A stretch of DNA of 64,000 nt from Candidatus Latescibacterota bacterium (GTDB lineage: Bacteria > Latescibacterota > UBA2968 > GCA-2709665), in contig OZ250150.1 in NCBI GenBank assembly GCA_965237675.1, positions 4,256,001 through 4,320,000 of the forward strand. Direction: 5' to 3'. This document shows positions 28,885 through 38,883 of this stretch, piece by piece. A program made the position numbers and the translations under genes. Position 1 is the stretch's first letter. The number at the start of each line of letters is the position of its first letter. The notes under the pieces were generated by a model that ran no database searches, was not told the origin of the DNA, and saw only the letters and a program-made list of their open reading frames with translations.

Positions 28885-31251
28885 TCACGGCACCTCAAGC
28901 CATCCGCGGGCTTCAATCCCCTGCTCATCGATTCGGATCTCTACTGCACCCATCAGATCGGTCCTGTAAATTGAGATTCCCATCGCCTCGTAACGCCGGA
29001 TCACCTCAGGGGACGGATGGCGGAATTTGTTCCGGATCCCACACGAAACCGCCACAAGCTCGGGACGTACGGCGCTCATAAAGGCGGCGGTGGACGAGGT
29101 ACGGGATCCGTGGTGCGCCGACTTCAGCACCTGGGCGCGAAGCAGATCCCCCCACCGGAGAAGATCCGGATCGGTTTCATGTTCGATGTCGCCCGTAAGC
29201 AAAATGGTCGAACCTCGGTACGTTAGTCTGATGACCACGGAACTGTTGTTGAGGCCCCTTGGGGCCGGGCCCCTCTCTGAGACATAATCCGGCGTCGGGT
29301 GCAAGACCAGGGCCTCGACCCCACCCAGTCCTTCCAGCCGATCCCCCGCTTCCACGACCGCATAGCGGATGCCTTTCTTCCGGATCAGAGTTCGAATCCG
29401 ACGCGCCGTCCAGGAATCGTAGTATTGTCCGGCGTCCAGGTACCAACCGACCTCTACCCTCTCCAACAGGGTCACGAATCCGCCGAAGTGGTCGCTGTGC
29501 GGGTGGGACGCGACCACCGCGTCGATACGTTCAATCCCCTCCGCCTTCAGAAACGGGATCAGTACACGTTCGCCCATGTCGATGTTCACCGCGCGCAACC
29601 CGCCATCGACCAGCATAGTCCTCCCGTTTGGAAACCTCAGAAAGATCCCGTCACCCTGCCCCACGTCCAGTACCAATATCCTCAAACCGGAGGGCCCGTG
29701 CAATATGCCCGACCAGACCCAGAAATTCGCCAGGGACAACGCCAGAAGCACGACCCGGCGGCCCCATCGGTGCGACCTCGCTTCAGGCAGGATGAGAAGC
29801 GTTGCACAGAGATACAACCCTATGACGGTCCAGCCGGGCCTCGGGACTTCGATGGCGGCCCACGCCGGCTCGGCAAACCAGGCTGCGGTCTGAATGGCAC
29901 ACTTCAAGACAAACCAATTTGCACCGTTCAACAACGCAGCAGCCGGCGACGACACCTGAATAACGACCACGCCAACCAGCCCCAGGGCGACGGCGGCAGC
30001 CATTAAGGGGACCACGATCAGATTGGCGAGAATCGACACAACCGAGAGCAATCCAAAATAGGTCAGCACTAGAGGGAGCGTGCCCACCTGAGCGGCCACC
30101 GACACGGCAAGCGGCGTCCATACCCAGTGAGCGAGACCTCCCGCAACGCCGCCGGGAAACCATGCCCGGATCGGTCTATAGAACAGGAGGATTCCGCCGG
30201 TGGCGGTGAAAGAAAGCTGAAAGCCCACATCGAAAAGGTCCTGCGGCCTGAAAATCAGAATGAGTAAGCCCGCCAGGCCGAGCGAATTCAAACCTTCTCC
30301 CTGTGTGTTTCCCAGACGACCCCAAATGGTGAACGCGCTCATCATGGAGGCTCTGACTACGGACGGCGGCAGCCCGGTAACCAGCGCATAGAGCAGCACG
30401 GCGCCAACGGTTGCCCAGGCTGTTGTTCGCCTGCCGCATCCGACCGCGCCGAGGCCGAAAAACACCACCGCTGCAATCAGACCCACGTGTAAGCCCGAAA
30501 CGGCCAGCACGTGGTTGACGCCGGCTCTGGTAAACGCGGTACGCACGTCTTCGGGGACCCCGCGTTTTTCGCCCAGTAAAATCCCATTCAGCAATCCTGC
30601 GGGTCCACCGGACAGGTTTGACGCCACACCCCGTCGAACTGCCCGGCGAACGGGCAAAACGACGTACGTCCACAGCAAACCGCCCCTGCCCCTGTGGGTT
30701 TCCAGTATCTGTTCGCTCCGGGACACGGAACCCATCGCATGGATTCCCTTCCGTTCCAGATAGGCACGGTAGTCGAACGCGCCCGGATTCCTGGCCGGCT
30801 GTGGTCTTCGAAGGTGTAGCCGTGCCACCAGGCGATCTCCATAATCCACGACCGGTCGAAACTTTCGAAACCGCACGAGAACCGCTCCTCGAATCGAAAA
30901 TACCGTATCATGTACGGTCACCCGTTCCGCCTCCAGTCGAAGACGCAACCCGTCTTCCATCCACTCAGGTTCCTCCGCGACGCGCCCCTCAAGCACCACA
31001 GGAACGTCTCGTCCGGCAAACCGGGCGACGTGGTCTTCGGGCAACCCCTCCGTTGCGCCTTCATATCTCATTGCCCCCAGAACGATCAACAGGACGCCCG
31101 GAAGGAAGGAGGGTCTCTTCCAGCGTACCAGCGACACGATCCAAAGCGCGAGGCCGCCGGTCCATAACGCCCAAACCGGCACCTCCCAACGATGTGCCAC
31201 AAGCACTCCTGCGGCAAAACACACCGCAGAGAGCAACGCCGGACGTTGCAT
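28885..31251 (-). CDS. comEC: DNA internalization competence protein ComEC/Rec2
   Basis: RNPGAFDY, HVLAVSGLHVG, SVVRASMM, GFQLSF, metallo-beta-lactamase domain LDVGQGD/SHPHSDH/HHGS. Confidence 0.96.
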   Translation of the reverse strand: MQRPALLSAVCFAAGVLVAHRWEVPVWALWTGGLALWIVSLVRWKRPSFLPGVLLIVLGAMRYEGATEGLPEDHVARFAGRDVPVVLEGRVAEEPEWMEDGLRLRLEAERVTVHDTVFSIRGAVLVRFRKFRPVVDYGDRLVARLHLRRPQPARNPGAFDYRAYLERKGIHAMGSVSRSEQILETHRGRGGLLWTYVVLPVRRAVRRGVASNLSGGPAGLLNGILLGEKRGVPEDVRTAFTRAGVNHVLAVSGLHVGLIAAVVFFGLGAVGCGRRTTAWATVGAVLLYALVTGLPPSVVRASMMSAFTIWGRLGNTQGEGLNSLGLAGLLILIFRPQDLFDVGFQLSFTATGGILLFYRPIRAWFPGGVAGGLAHWVWTPLAVSVAAQVGTLPLVLTYFGLLSVVSILANLIVVPLMAAAVALGLVGVVVIQVSSPAAALLNGANWFVLKCAIQTAAWFAEPAWAAIEVPRPGWTVIGLYLCATLLILPEARSHRWGRRVVLLALSLANFWVWSGILHGPSGLRILVLDVGQGDGIFLRFPNGRTMLVDGGLRAVNIDMGERVLIPFLKAEGIERIDAVVASHPHSDHFGGFVTLLERVEVGWYLDAGQYYDSWTARRIRTLIRKKGIRYAVVEAGDRLEGLGGVEALVLHPTPDYVSERGPAPRGLNNSSVVIRLTYRGSTILLTGDIEHETDPDLLRWGDLLRAQVLKSAHHGSRTSSTAAFMSAVRPELVAVSCGIRNKFRHPSPEVIRRYEAMGISIYRTDLMGAVEIRIDEQGIEARGWLEVP

Positions 31252-31424
31252 CACCGCTCCCTCCGTTTCGCGCCGAGATCCCTTCACGCAACTGCAAATT
31301 CCGTACCGCCGCTGATGCCGCGGGACTTGCCCGTTTCCGCGTAACGAAATGGAACGATCCGTTCAATCGATGCCGCGAAACGTTCACCGGGGCCGCGGCG
31401 CGGACCGTTACCCCGAACAATCAA

Positions 31425-31453
31425 TTGACATTCCCCGGTAGAGATGCTATATT
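31425..31453 (+). promoter_or_regulatory. sigma70-type promoter for the truA operon
   Basis: TTGACA (31425-31430), 17 bp spacer ending in TGc, TATATT (31448-31453). Confidence 0.65.
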
Positions 31454-31506
31454 TCGTAAAAATACCCCAGGGTTCTGTCGGAGAACTCCAATTTTAGGCG
31501 ATCATT

Positions 31507-31553
31507 ATACAATATATTGATTTTATCTTTCCAAATAACACTATATATTGTAT
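31507..31553. promoter_or_regulatory. Tandem NrdR-like boxes overlapping a comEC-directed promoter
   Basis: ATACAATATATTGATT (31507-31522) and ACACTATATATTGTAT (31538-31553), offset 31 bp, match acaCwAtATaTwGtg; minus-strand TATAAT at 31504-31509. Confidence 0.6.
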
Positions 31554-31742
31554 TTTGGGAGATGCTGGCATAGGTATTCCGACAGGCTCCTAGACAGACG
31601 ATCTGCTTTTCAGCAATTGCAGAAGATACGGCGCCCCGGCGTTGCGACCGGGATCGGACGTTCATTCGTGGGGCGCGATTATCCCGCCAACACGAGGCCT
31701 TCTCCCACGTCGTCCCCATCAATTCAAGCCGATCCAGCTGGA

Positions 31743-32489
31743 ATGCAACGGAATATTCGGCTCCGACTGGAATACGACGGTACAGATTTCAAGGGGTGGC
31801 AGATTCAGCCCGACCAGAGAACGGTCCAGGGAACCTTGGAAACGTGTCTGGAAACGCTGATGGTACATCCCATCCGGGCCATCGGAGCGGGGCGCACGGA
31901 CGCGGGTGTTCACGCGCTGGAGCAGGTGGCCAACTTTATCACGTTCAATCCGCTGCCATTACCACGGATCGGCGCCGCGCTCAATAGCAACCTGCCGTCT
32001 GACGTGGTCGTTCTCGGTGTAGACGAAGTTCCGGCCGCATTTCATGCGCGGCGCAGCGCGAGCCGTCGAACCTACCTGTACCGAATCGTCTACCGGCGCC
32101 GGGCCATTGGCCGCGGCCAGGCGTGGCACCTGCGCAGCAGGCTGGATATCGATGCGATGAGGTCCGCGGCGAGGCGAACGGTGGGCTATCAAGACTTCAC
32201 GTCGTTCTGCGTGGCTGCAGCGGAGAAGGAGAACCGGAACTGCCGCGTCTTCGAGTGCACTCTGGCCACCATCGACGACTCCGTGCACGTCGAGATCTCG
32301 GCTGACCGCTTTCTGCGGTCTATGGTGCGTGGTATTGTGGGCACCCTGGTTCAGGTGGGAAGAGGCAGCCGTGCACCCGATGCGATGAGCCAGATACTGC
32401 AGGCCCGAGATAGGCGAAGTGCGGGTCCAAATGCCCCCCCGCAGGGCCTTTTCTTAAAAAAAGTTTTTTACGAAGACCCGGAAGAGTAG
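31743..32489 (+). CDS. truA: tRNA pseudouridine(38-40) synthase
   Basis: LEYDGTDFKGWQIQ, GAGRTDAGVHA, FHAR, FLRSMVR, APPQGLFL. Confidence 0.96.
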   Translation: MQRNIRLRLEYDGTDFKGWQIQPDQRTVQGTLETCLETLMVHPIRAIGAGRTDAGVHALEQVANFITFNPLPLPRIGAALNSNLPSDVVVLGVDEVPAAFHARRSASRRTYLYRIVYRRRAIGRGQAWHLRSRLDIDAMRSAARRTVGYQDFTSFCVAAAEKENRNCRVFECTLATIDDSVHVEISADRFLRSMVRGIVGTLVQVGRGSRAPDAMSQILQARDRRSAGPNAPPQGLFLKKVFYEDPEE

Positions 32490-32492
32490 GCC

Positions 32493-33650
32493 GTGCGGCG
32501 ACCGGTTAGGATCTTTCTTGGAAGCGTCTTTGCGGCATTGTTTCTGGCATTTGCTGCCGAAGACCAACACGCGGTGGCGTCCCCGCCTTCCGCCGCCGGG
32601 CTCGAAATCGACGCTTCCAGAAAAAACGCCATCGTCCGGGCCGTCGAAAAAGTGGCGCCCTCGGTCGTCGGGGTAACCACCGTTACCCTGGAACGATACG
32701 ACGTGCAGTACGTGCATCCGTTTTTCGATTTCTATTCCTATCCGGGAATCGTCCACGGAAAACGGCGGGGAATCGGGTCCGGCGTTGTGATCCGACCGGA
32801 CGGATATATACTCACCAACTACCACGTCGTCGATGGTGCGCGGGAAATCACGGTCACGTTCTCGGATGGCCGGAGCTTTGAGGTTCAGGACACGCGCAAA
32901 GACGTGATGGTCGACCGAGGCGCCGATCTGGCGGTCATACGCGTGAACGCAAGAGATCTCCCGGTTCCGGAGCTGGGAGATTCCAGAGATGTCATTATCG
33001 GCGAATGGGCAATCGCCATCGGCAACCCCTTTGGCCTGTCGATTGAAGATCCCGAACCAACCGTCACCGTAGGCGTCGTGAGCGCGGTGAACCGCAATCT
33101 GCGACTGCAACAGGATGAGGGCGGCCGTTCCTATTCCAACATGATCCAGACCGACGCCTCCATCAATCCGGGTAACAGCGGAGGACCCCTGGTCAACGGC
33201 GTCGGCCAGGTCATCGGTATCAACACCTTTATCTTCACAAAAGGCGGGGGTTCCCTCGGCATCGGATTCGCCCTCCCCATCAACCGGGCAAAAAAAATCG
33301 CCGACCGGCTGATGGAAGGGGGAGTTCAAACGTTTTGGACAGGTTTCGAGTTGCACCGGAAACTGACGCGCGGGCTGGCGAATGCGCTGGGGTTAATCAC
33401 CCATCGCGGCGCCCTCATCACGGGTGTGGCAGACAACAGCCCGGCCTCTCGAGCAAGGCTGAACCCCGGCGACCTCATCATCTCGGTGAACGGTCACGCT
33501 GTCCGAAGCGCCGATGACGTCGACAGGATCTTCGAAGACGCACGTGTCGGGGACACCCTTACATTGAATATTCTACGCGGCAGGCTGAGCTTCACAACCC
33601 GTCTGCTGCCGGAACAGACGCCCGCTGGCCAACCTAGACCCCACAAATAA
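32493..33650 (+). CDS. HtrA/DegQ family trypsin-like serine protease with a PDZ domain
   Basis: Signal peptide, GSGVVI, TNYHVV, DLAVI, IQTDASINPGNSGGPL. Confidence 0.93.
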   Translation: MRRPVRIFLGSVFAALFLAFAAEDQHAVASPPSAAGLEIDASRKNAIVRAVEKVAPSVVGVTTVTLERYDVQYVHPFFDFYSYPGIVHGKRRGIGSGVVIRPDGYILTNYHVVDGAREITVTFSDGRSFEVQDTRKDVMVDRGADLAVIRVNARDLPVPELGDSRDVIIGEWAIAIGNPFGLSIEDPEPTVTVGVVSAVNRNLRLQQDEGGRSYSNMIQTDASINPGNSGGPLVNGVGQVIGINTFIFTKGGGSLGIGFALPINRAKKIADRLMEGGVQTFWTGFELHRKLTRGLANALGLITHRGALITGVADNSPASRARLNPGDLIISVNGHAVRSADDVDRIFEDARVGDTLTLNILRGRLSFTTRLLPEQTPAGQPRPHK

Positions 33651-33678
33651 GAATCCCAAATACCGGAGCCATTCCGAC

Positions 33679-34395
33679 ATGAGAAAAAGGGCCGCCGTCC
33701 CGAGCATGGTTACGCTTTGCAATCTCTTTTGCGGTTTTCTTTCGATCACGTATGCCATGGATGGAAAGCTGGTACCTGCGGCATGGTTAATCGTTATCGC
33801 GGGGTTTCTCGATGCCTTCGACGGCAAACTCGCCCGGCTGATCGATTCGCCCAGCAACTTCGGCGTTCAGTTCGACTCCCTGGCCGATGTCTGCTCGTTT
33901 GGCGTGGCTCCGGCCGTACTGATGTTCCATTACTTCCAGGGTCTGCTGGATGCCGTGTGGATGCCGTTCGCAGCCTGCTTTCTGTTTCTGCTGTGTGGCG
34001 CGCTGCGCCTGGCAAGGTTCAATGTAGAACTCAAAGGAGACGATAAGGAGGACTTTGTCGGCCTTCCCATTCCCTCGGCCGCCGCAACGATGGCGGCTTA
34101 TGTCGTCTTTGCCGAACGGGTCTGGCAGAGCACCCGCGAACCCCATGTCGCCCTCCTGTTGTGCGTTGTTCTGGGTCTTCTGATGATCAGTCAGTTCGGA
34201 TATCCCGCCTTTCCCCGGTTCAGCATTGAAACCCGGAGGGACCGCTGGAGACTGGCGATCGCTCTTGCCGCGTTCATTCCTGTCGCGCTGTTCCCGGATG
34301 AGGCATTTTTTCCCATCGCGTTCGCATTCTCAATCTCCGGCGCCGTTCGGTGGCTGTCGCACCTGATTGTACAAAGAGAAGTGGCAGATATCTGA
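33679..34395 (+). CDS. pssA: CDP-diacylglycerol--serine O-phosphatidyltransferase
   Basis: PSMVTLCNLFCG, DAFDGKLAR, FGVQFDSLAD, RLARFN, FVGLPIP. Confidence 0.93.
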   Translation: MRKRAAVPSMVTLCNLFCGFLSITYAMDGKLVPAAWLIVIAGFLDAFDGKLARLIDSPSNFGVQFDSLADVCSFGVAPAVLMFHYFQGLLDAVWMPFAACFLFLLCGALRLARFNVELKGDDKEDFVGLPIPSAAATMAAYVVFAERVWQSTREPHVALLLCVVLGLLMISQFGYPAFPRFSIETRRDRWRLAIALAAFIPVALFPDEAFFPIAFAFSISGAVRWLSHLIVQREVADI

Positions 34396-34427
34396 AACGA
34401 CTTGGAACCTGAGTGGAGCGAAAGTCG

Positions 34428-34709
34428 ATGAAGAACAAAAGCGTCGGTCTGTTGATCGTTGCGATCTTCCTGGGCATTCTCGCAAGCCAGATCTTCGGCG
34501 CATTTTTGAACGTGGTCCTGGGCAGCCTCGGCCTGGAAAATAACATGGTGTCCAAGGTGCTTGTGGATCCTCTGTTTACCTATGAATTCTACCCGATGCG
34601 CTTGAATCTGCTGGTAATGACGCTCACACTGGGCTTTTCGCTCAACTTCAACGTACTCAGCCTGATCGGCATGGGAACGGCATACTATTACGTCAAATAT
34701 TCCTACTGA
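34428..34709 (+). CDS. Small membrane protein (DUF4321-like)
   Basis: Two hydrophobic segments, LNLLVMTLTLGFSLNFNVLSLIG pattern. Confidence 0.7.
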   Translation: MKNKSVGLLIVAIFLGILASQIFGAFLNVVLGSLGLENNMVSKVLVDPLFTYEFYPMRLNLLVMTLTLGFSLNFNVLSLIGMGTAYYYVKYSY

Positions 34710-34832
34710 TTGATCGCTGAGTCGGTTCGCTACCCGGGTCGAGCCGCCCCGTTACGCAACATGGCGCCGATAGGCGCCGACCGGGGTCGCCGAATGAATG
34801 GACGTCCGATCTTCACAAATACGAGGTGATTC

Positions 34833-35057
34833 ATGCTGGGTGGAATCGGAACATGGGAAATTCTCCTGATTTTCCTGGTCATCCTGCTGCTGTTCGGGGC
34901 CAAACGCATACCCGATATTGCCAAGAGCGTGGGGAAAGGGGTTACGGAATTCAAAAGAGGCCTTCGAGACATCCAGGATGAAATCGAGACCGGAGTTGAT
35001 CCACCCTCCAAATCCGAAGGCAAGGCGCCGGATACGGAAAAAACCGCCAAACCGTAG
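34833..35057 (+). CDS. tatA: Twin-arginine translocase TatA/TatE
   Basis: GIGTWEILLIFLVILLLFGAKRIPDIAKSVGKGVTEFK. Confidence 0.95.
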   Translation: MLGGIGTWEILLIFLVILLLFGAKRIPDIAKSVGKGVTEFKRGLRDIQDEIETGVDPPSKSEGKAPDTEKTAKP

Positions 35058-35069
35058 CAGGGAGGTAAG

Positions 35070-36530
35070 GTGGCAGTTTCCGGGAAGCCACTGAACGAAC
35101 GGCCCGCCCACGAACTGACGGCGTCGATTCTTTCGGGTGAGATCACGTCCAGACAGCTCGTCGAGGCCGTTTTCAATTGTATTCGCGCGACGGATCCGGC
35201 GATCAACACCTACATCACCCTGAACGAAACCGACGCGATCCGCAAAGCAGAGGAAGTAGACGCCAGGATATCGGCCGGAGATCCTGTCGGTTCGCTGGCG
35301 GGCATTCCGGTTGCACTGAAGGACCTGCTTTGCACCCGGGGTTTGCTCACCACTGCCGGTTCCCGCATACTCCAGAACTTCATTCCCCCCTACGACGCGA
35401 CTGCCGTCGTGCGCCTGCGCGAGGCCGACGCGGTAATCGTTGGCAAACTCAACATGGATGAGTTTGCCATGGGTTCGTCCAACGAAAACTCGGCGTACGG
35501 ACCCGTGCGAAATCCCCACGATCCGACGTGCGTTCCCGGCGGTTCCAGCGGAGGAAGCGCCGCCAGCGTAGCCGCCAATCAGACGGTGCTTGCCCTGGGT
35601 ACGGATACAGGTGGATCCATCCGCCTGCCCGCCTCCTTCTGTGGTGTGGTCGGTCTCAAACCCACCTACGGTCGCGTCTCCCGCTACGGCCTCGTCGCCT
35701 ACGCGTCCTCGCTGGACCAGATTGGTCCCCTCGCGCGGAACGTCAGGGACGCCGCCCTCCTTCTGAACATCATTGCCGGGCACGACCCGCGCGATTCAAC
35801 GTCGGTAGATCTGCCCGTACCGGACTACACGGCGAGGCTGGACGTCGGCGTGTCTGGCCTGACCATCGGTCTTCCGACGGGATATTTCGGCGAAGGACTG
35901 GACGACGATGTAAGAGAATCCATTGCCGGCAGCGTTAAAGTCCTGGAAAACGCCGGGGCTGAAATCCGAGAGATCGACCTCCCCGTAGCCTGCCATCCGG
36001 CCTACTCCATCGCCGCCTATTACATCATCGCCACCGGAGAAGCATCCTCGAACCTCTCGCGGTATGACGGTGTCAAGTACGGCATGCGAGCGGAAGGCGT
36101 CGACCTGATCGATATGTATTGCCGAACCCGCAGCGTCGGGTTCGGCGCTGAGGTCAAACGGCGCATTATGCTGGGTACCTATGCCCTCAGCGCGGGCTAT
36201 TACGATGCCTACTACCTGAAAGCCCAACGGGTCCGAACACTTATCAAGCAAGATTTCGACCGGGCCTTCGAAACCTGCGACCTGCTCGCCGCACCCGTGT
36301 CGCCGACCCCGGCTTTCCGCATCGGCGCAAAAATCGATGACCCGCTTCAGATGTACCTTTCCGATATCTACACCGTTTCGGTCAACCTCGCCGGCCTTCC
36401 GGGTATTTCGGTACCATGCGGCCTTTCGTCAGAAGGTTTACCCATTGGGCTGCAACTGCTGGCGCCGGCCTTCAAAGAAGACGTACTCCTCAAGGCAGCA
36501 TACGTGGTCGAACAGGAGTTGGCCGGATGA
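35070..36530 (+). CDS. gatA: Asp/Glu-tRNA amidotransferase subunit A
   Basis: [42 protein letters not shown]. Confidence 0.97.
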   Translation: MAVSGKPLNERPAHELTASILSGEITSRQLVEAVFNCIRATDPAINTYITLNETDAIRKAEEVDARISAGDPVGSLAGIPVALKDLLCTRGLLTTAGSRILQNFIPPYDATAVVRLREADAVIVGKLNMDEFAMGSSNENSAYGPVRNPHDPTCVPGGSSGGSAASVAANQTVLALGTDTGGSIRLPASFCGVVGLKPTYGRVSRYGLVAYASSLDQIGPLARNVRDAALLLNIIAGHDPRDSTSVDLPVPDYTARLDVGVSGLTIGLPTGYFGEGLDDDVRESIAGSVKVLENAGAEIREIDLPVACHPAYSIAAYYIIATGEASSNLSRYDGVKYGMRAEGVDLIDMYCRTRSVGFGAEVKRRIMLGTYALSAGYYDAYYLKAQRVRTLIKQDFDRAFETCDLLAAPVSPTPAFRIGAKIDDPLQMYLSDIYTVSVNLAGLPGISVPCGLSSEGLPIGLQLLAPAFKEDVLLKAAYVVEQELAG

Positions 36531-37993
36531 AGTACGAATCCGTCATCGGTCTGGAGGTGCACGCCCAGCTTGCCACGCAAACCAAGATATTCTGCGGTTG
36601 CAGCGTGGCGTTCGGCGCGGAAGCCAATTCACGTACCTGTCCGGTCTGCCTGGGATTGCCCGGAGCGCTACCCGTGTTGAACCGCGAGGCGGTAGAGCGC
36701 GCCATACGCATTGCCCTGGCGGTTGGCTGTACCATCCAGCGGCGAAGTCGCTTTTTGAGGAAGAACTATTTCTACCCCGATCTGCCGAAGGGGTATCAGA
36801 TTTCCCAGTTCCAGTCCAACGACGAGATGCCCCTGGCCACGGGCGGCGGTATCGAGATTCCTTCCAAAAACGGTACAAAGACCGTCCGCCTCATTCGCAT
36901 ACATATGGAAGAAGACGCGGGCAAGAGCATCCACGAAGAGGCGTTTGTGGCCGCCGGCGAATCGCTGGTGGACGTCAACCGCTGCGGGGTCCCGCTCATC
37001 GAACTCGTCAGCGAACCGGATATCGCTTCCCCCGAGGAAGCATCCCATTTCATGTCCCGTCTGCGGCAGATACTGATCTATACGGGGGTTTCAGAAGGGG
37101 ACATGGAAAAGGGCCAACTCCGCATCGACGCCAACGTATCGATCCGTCCGGTCGGCACGGCCGGGCTCGGCACCAAGGTGGAGATCAAGAACATGAACTC
37201 CATCCGCAACTGCCGGCGCGCGCTTGAGGCCGAAATCCTTCGCCAGATAGACACGTTGGAGGCCGGCGGCGAAATCATACAGGAAACCCTGCTTTACGAT
37301 CCGGACCGCAACCAGTTGCGCGCCATGCGAGGCAAGGAATCTTCTGACGACTATCGCTATTTCCCCGATCCGGACCTGGTCTCGATCGTCGTCGACAGGG
37401 AATGGATCAACCGGACGGGTGGTACCGTTCCAGAATTGCCGGAAGCGAAACGCGCGCGCTTCGAGTCAGACTACGCCCTCAGGACCGATCAGGTCGAGAC
37501 CCTGATCGCCGACCGGAACGTGGCCGATTATTATGAAGCTACGGTGTCGGCGGGGGCACGGCCCACGACGGCTGCAAATTGGGTTCAGGGCGACGTCCTT
37601 CGGACCCTCAACGAGCGCAAAATTGACATCGATGAACTCAAGGCGACGCCGGAACATCTCGCCGCGCTGCTGAAATTGATCGACGCCGGTACCATCAGCG
37701 CCGGTATCGCGAGGACCGTCTTTGCCCAGATGGCGGAAACCGGCGCCTCCCCCGAATCCGTCGTCGAACGGAAGGAACTCGCGCAGATCAGCGATTCCGC
37801 CCAGATCGAGGGTCTGATCGAAAAAGTCGTTTCGGAACACCCCGAAGCAGCCGACCGATACAGGAAAGGCGACCGGAAACTGCTGGGTTTCTTTATGGGG
37901 CAGGTCATGAAGGCCACAAGGGGCCAGGCGAACCCCAGAGTGGCGAACCAGCTGTTGCGCCAAAAGTTGGAGGATGGGAACGCCCGAGGCTGA
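36527..37993 (+). CDS. gatB: Asp/Glu-tRNA amidotransferase subunit B
   Basis: [45 protein letters not shown]; ATGA overlap with gatA. Confidence 0.97.
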   Translation: MKYESVIGLEVHAQLATQTKIFCGCSVAFGAEANSRTCPVCLGLPGALPVLNREAVERAIRIALAVGCTIQRRSRFLRKNYFYPDLPKGYQISQFQSNDEMPLATGGGIEIPSKNGTKTVRLIRIHMEEDAGKSIHEEAFVAAGESLVDVNRCGVPLIELVSEPDIASPEEASHFMSRLRQILIYTGVSEGDMEKGQLRIDANVSIRPVGTAGLGTKVEIKNMNSIRNCRRALEAEILRQIDTLEAGGEIIQETLLYDPDRNQLRAMRGKESSDDYRYFPDPDLVSIVVDREWINRTGGTVPELPEAKRARFESDYALRTDQVETLIADRNVADYYEATVSAGARPTTAANWVQGDVLRTLNERKIDIDELKATPEHLAALLKLIDAGTISAGIARTVFAQMAETGASPESVVERKELAQISDSAQIEGLIEKVVSEHPEAADRYRKGDRKLLGFFMGQVMKATRGQANPRVANQLLRQKLEDGNARG

Positions 37994-38140
37994 ATCGGCG
38001 TCGCACCGGGTCAACCAGACGCTGAGACGGCCACATCAGGACCGCCCGAACGTTATCGCCCAAGCCCGCACGACGAGCGGGACCCCACCGCCGTTCTCTT
38101 GAATCCGGCCCTTCCTTACCGGCATTGAACAGGTATCCCA

Positions 38141-38833
38141 ATGCAAGAAGCCGTGAGCGCCTATCTCGTTATCTTCGCAAGGAACCCCGTACCCGGCGCG
38201 GTTAAGACCCGTCTTCATTCCCGGTACACGCCGGAACAGACGGCGGCGATCTACCGTGCCTTCATCCGGGACACGGTAAATACGGCCAAAAAAGCCGCCG
38301 TCGACCGGCGCTGTATGGCCTGCGATCCCCCGGGGGCAGAAACCGAACTCTCTGTTCTTTGTGGAACGGATTGGGACCTCTTCCCGCAGGTCGCCGCCGA
38401 CCTGGGCGAACGCATGTACCGAGCGGGCCGCCACTGCTTCGATGTGGGCGCCCAACGCGTTGTGATCCTGGGAACCGACGTTCCTTCGCTGCCACCCTGC
38501 CACATCGATCGGGCATTCGAACTCCTGGCTCGGAACGAGATCGTGCTCGGACCGAGCATGGACGGCGGCTATTATCTCGTTGGCCTTTCAAGACCCATCC
38601 ACGAGATCTTCCTTAATATCGCCTGGAGCACCGAGCACGTGTTCGCTCGGACGCTCGAAAGGGCCGAGGCCCTCGGTCTCACCGTCGGCGTCGTACCGTC
38701 CTGGTACGACGTGGACACACCGGAGCAACTGGACCATCTTGTTGGCCACACGAGCGCGCACATCCGGTCCGGTAAGGCAGACCCCATTCCTTTCACCCGT
38801 GCGTGCCTCTCAACCCTGGCCCGCCTCGACTAA
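38141..38833 (+). CDS. TIGR04282/DUF2064 family glycosyltransferase-like protein
   Basis: FARNPVPGAVKTRL, DLGERM, GTDVPSL, LGPSMDGGYYLVG, YDVDTPE. Confidence 0.88.
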   Translation: MQEAVSAYLVIFARNPVPGAVKTRLHSRYTPEQTAAIYRAFIRDTVNTAKKAAVDRRCMACDPPGAETELSVLCGTDWDLFPQVAADLGERMYRAGRHCFDVGAQRVVILGTDVPSLPPCHIDRAFELLARNEIVLGPSMDGGYYLVGLSRPIHEIFLNIAWSTEHVFARTLERAEALGLTVGVVPSWYDVDTPEQLDHLVGHTSAHIRSGKADPIPFTRACLSTLARLD

Positions 38834-38883
38834 CGGACCAGAAGAAAGGGCAGAGGGCAGACCCGCCTTCAAACGGAAACCGC

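Noticed and set aside
27854-28974. Short ORFs in the accA-comEC gap
   Set aside because: No good SD, atypical composition, mutually overlapping and without motifs
38141-38833. Arsenosugar biosynthesis cluster implied by the TIGR04282-like gene
   Set aside because: The partner glycosyltransferase, radical SAM and methyltransferase genes are absent from the window
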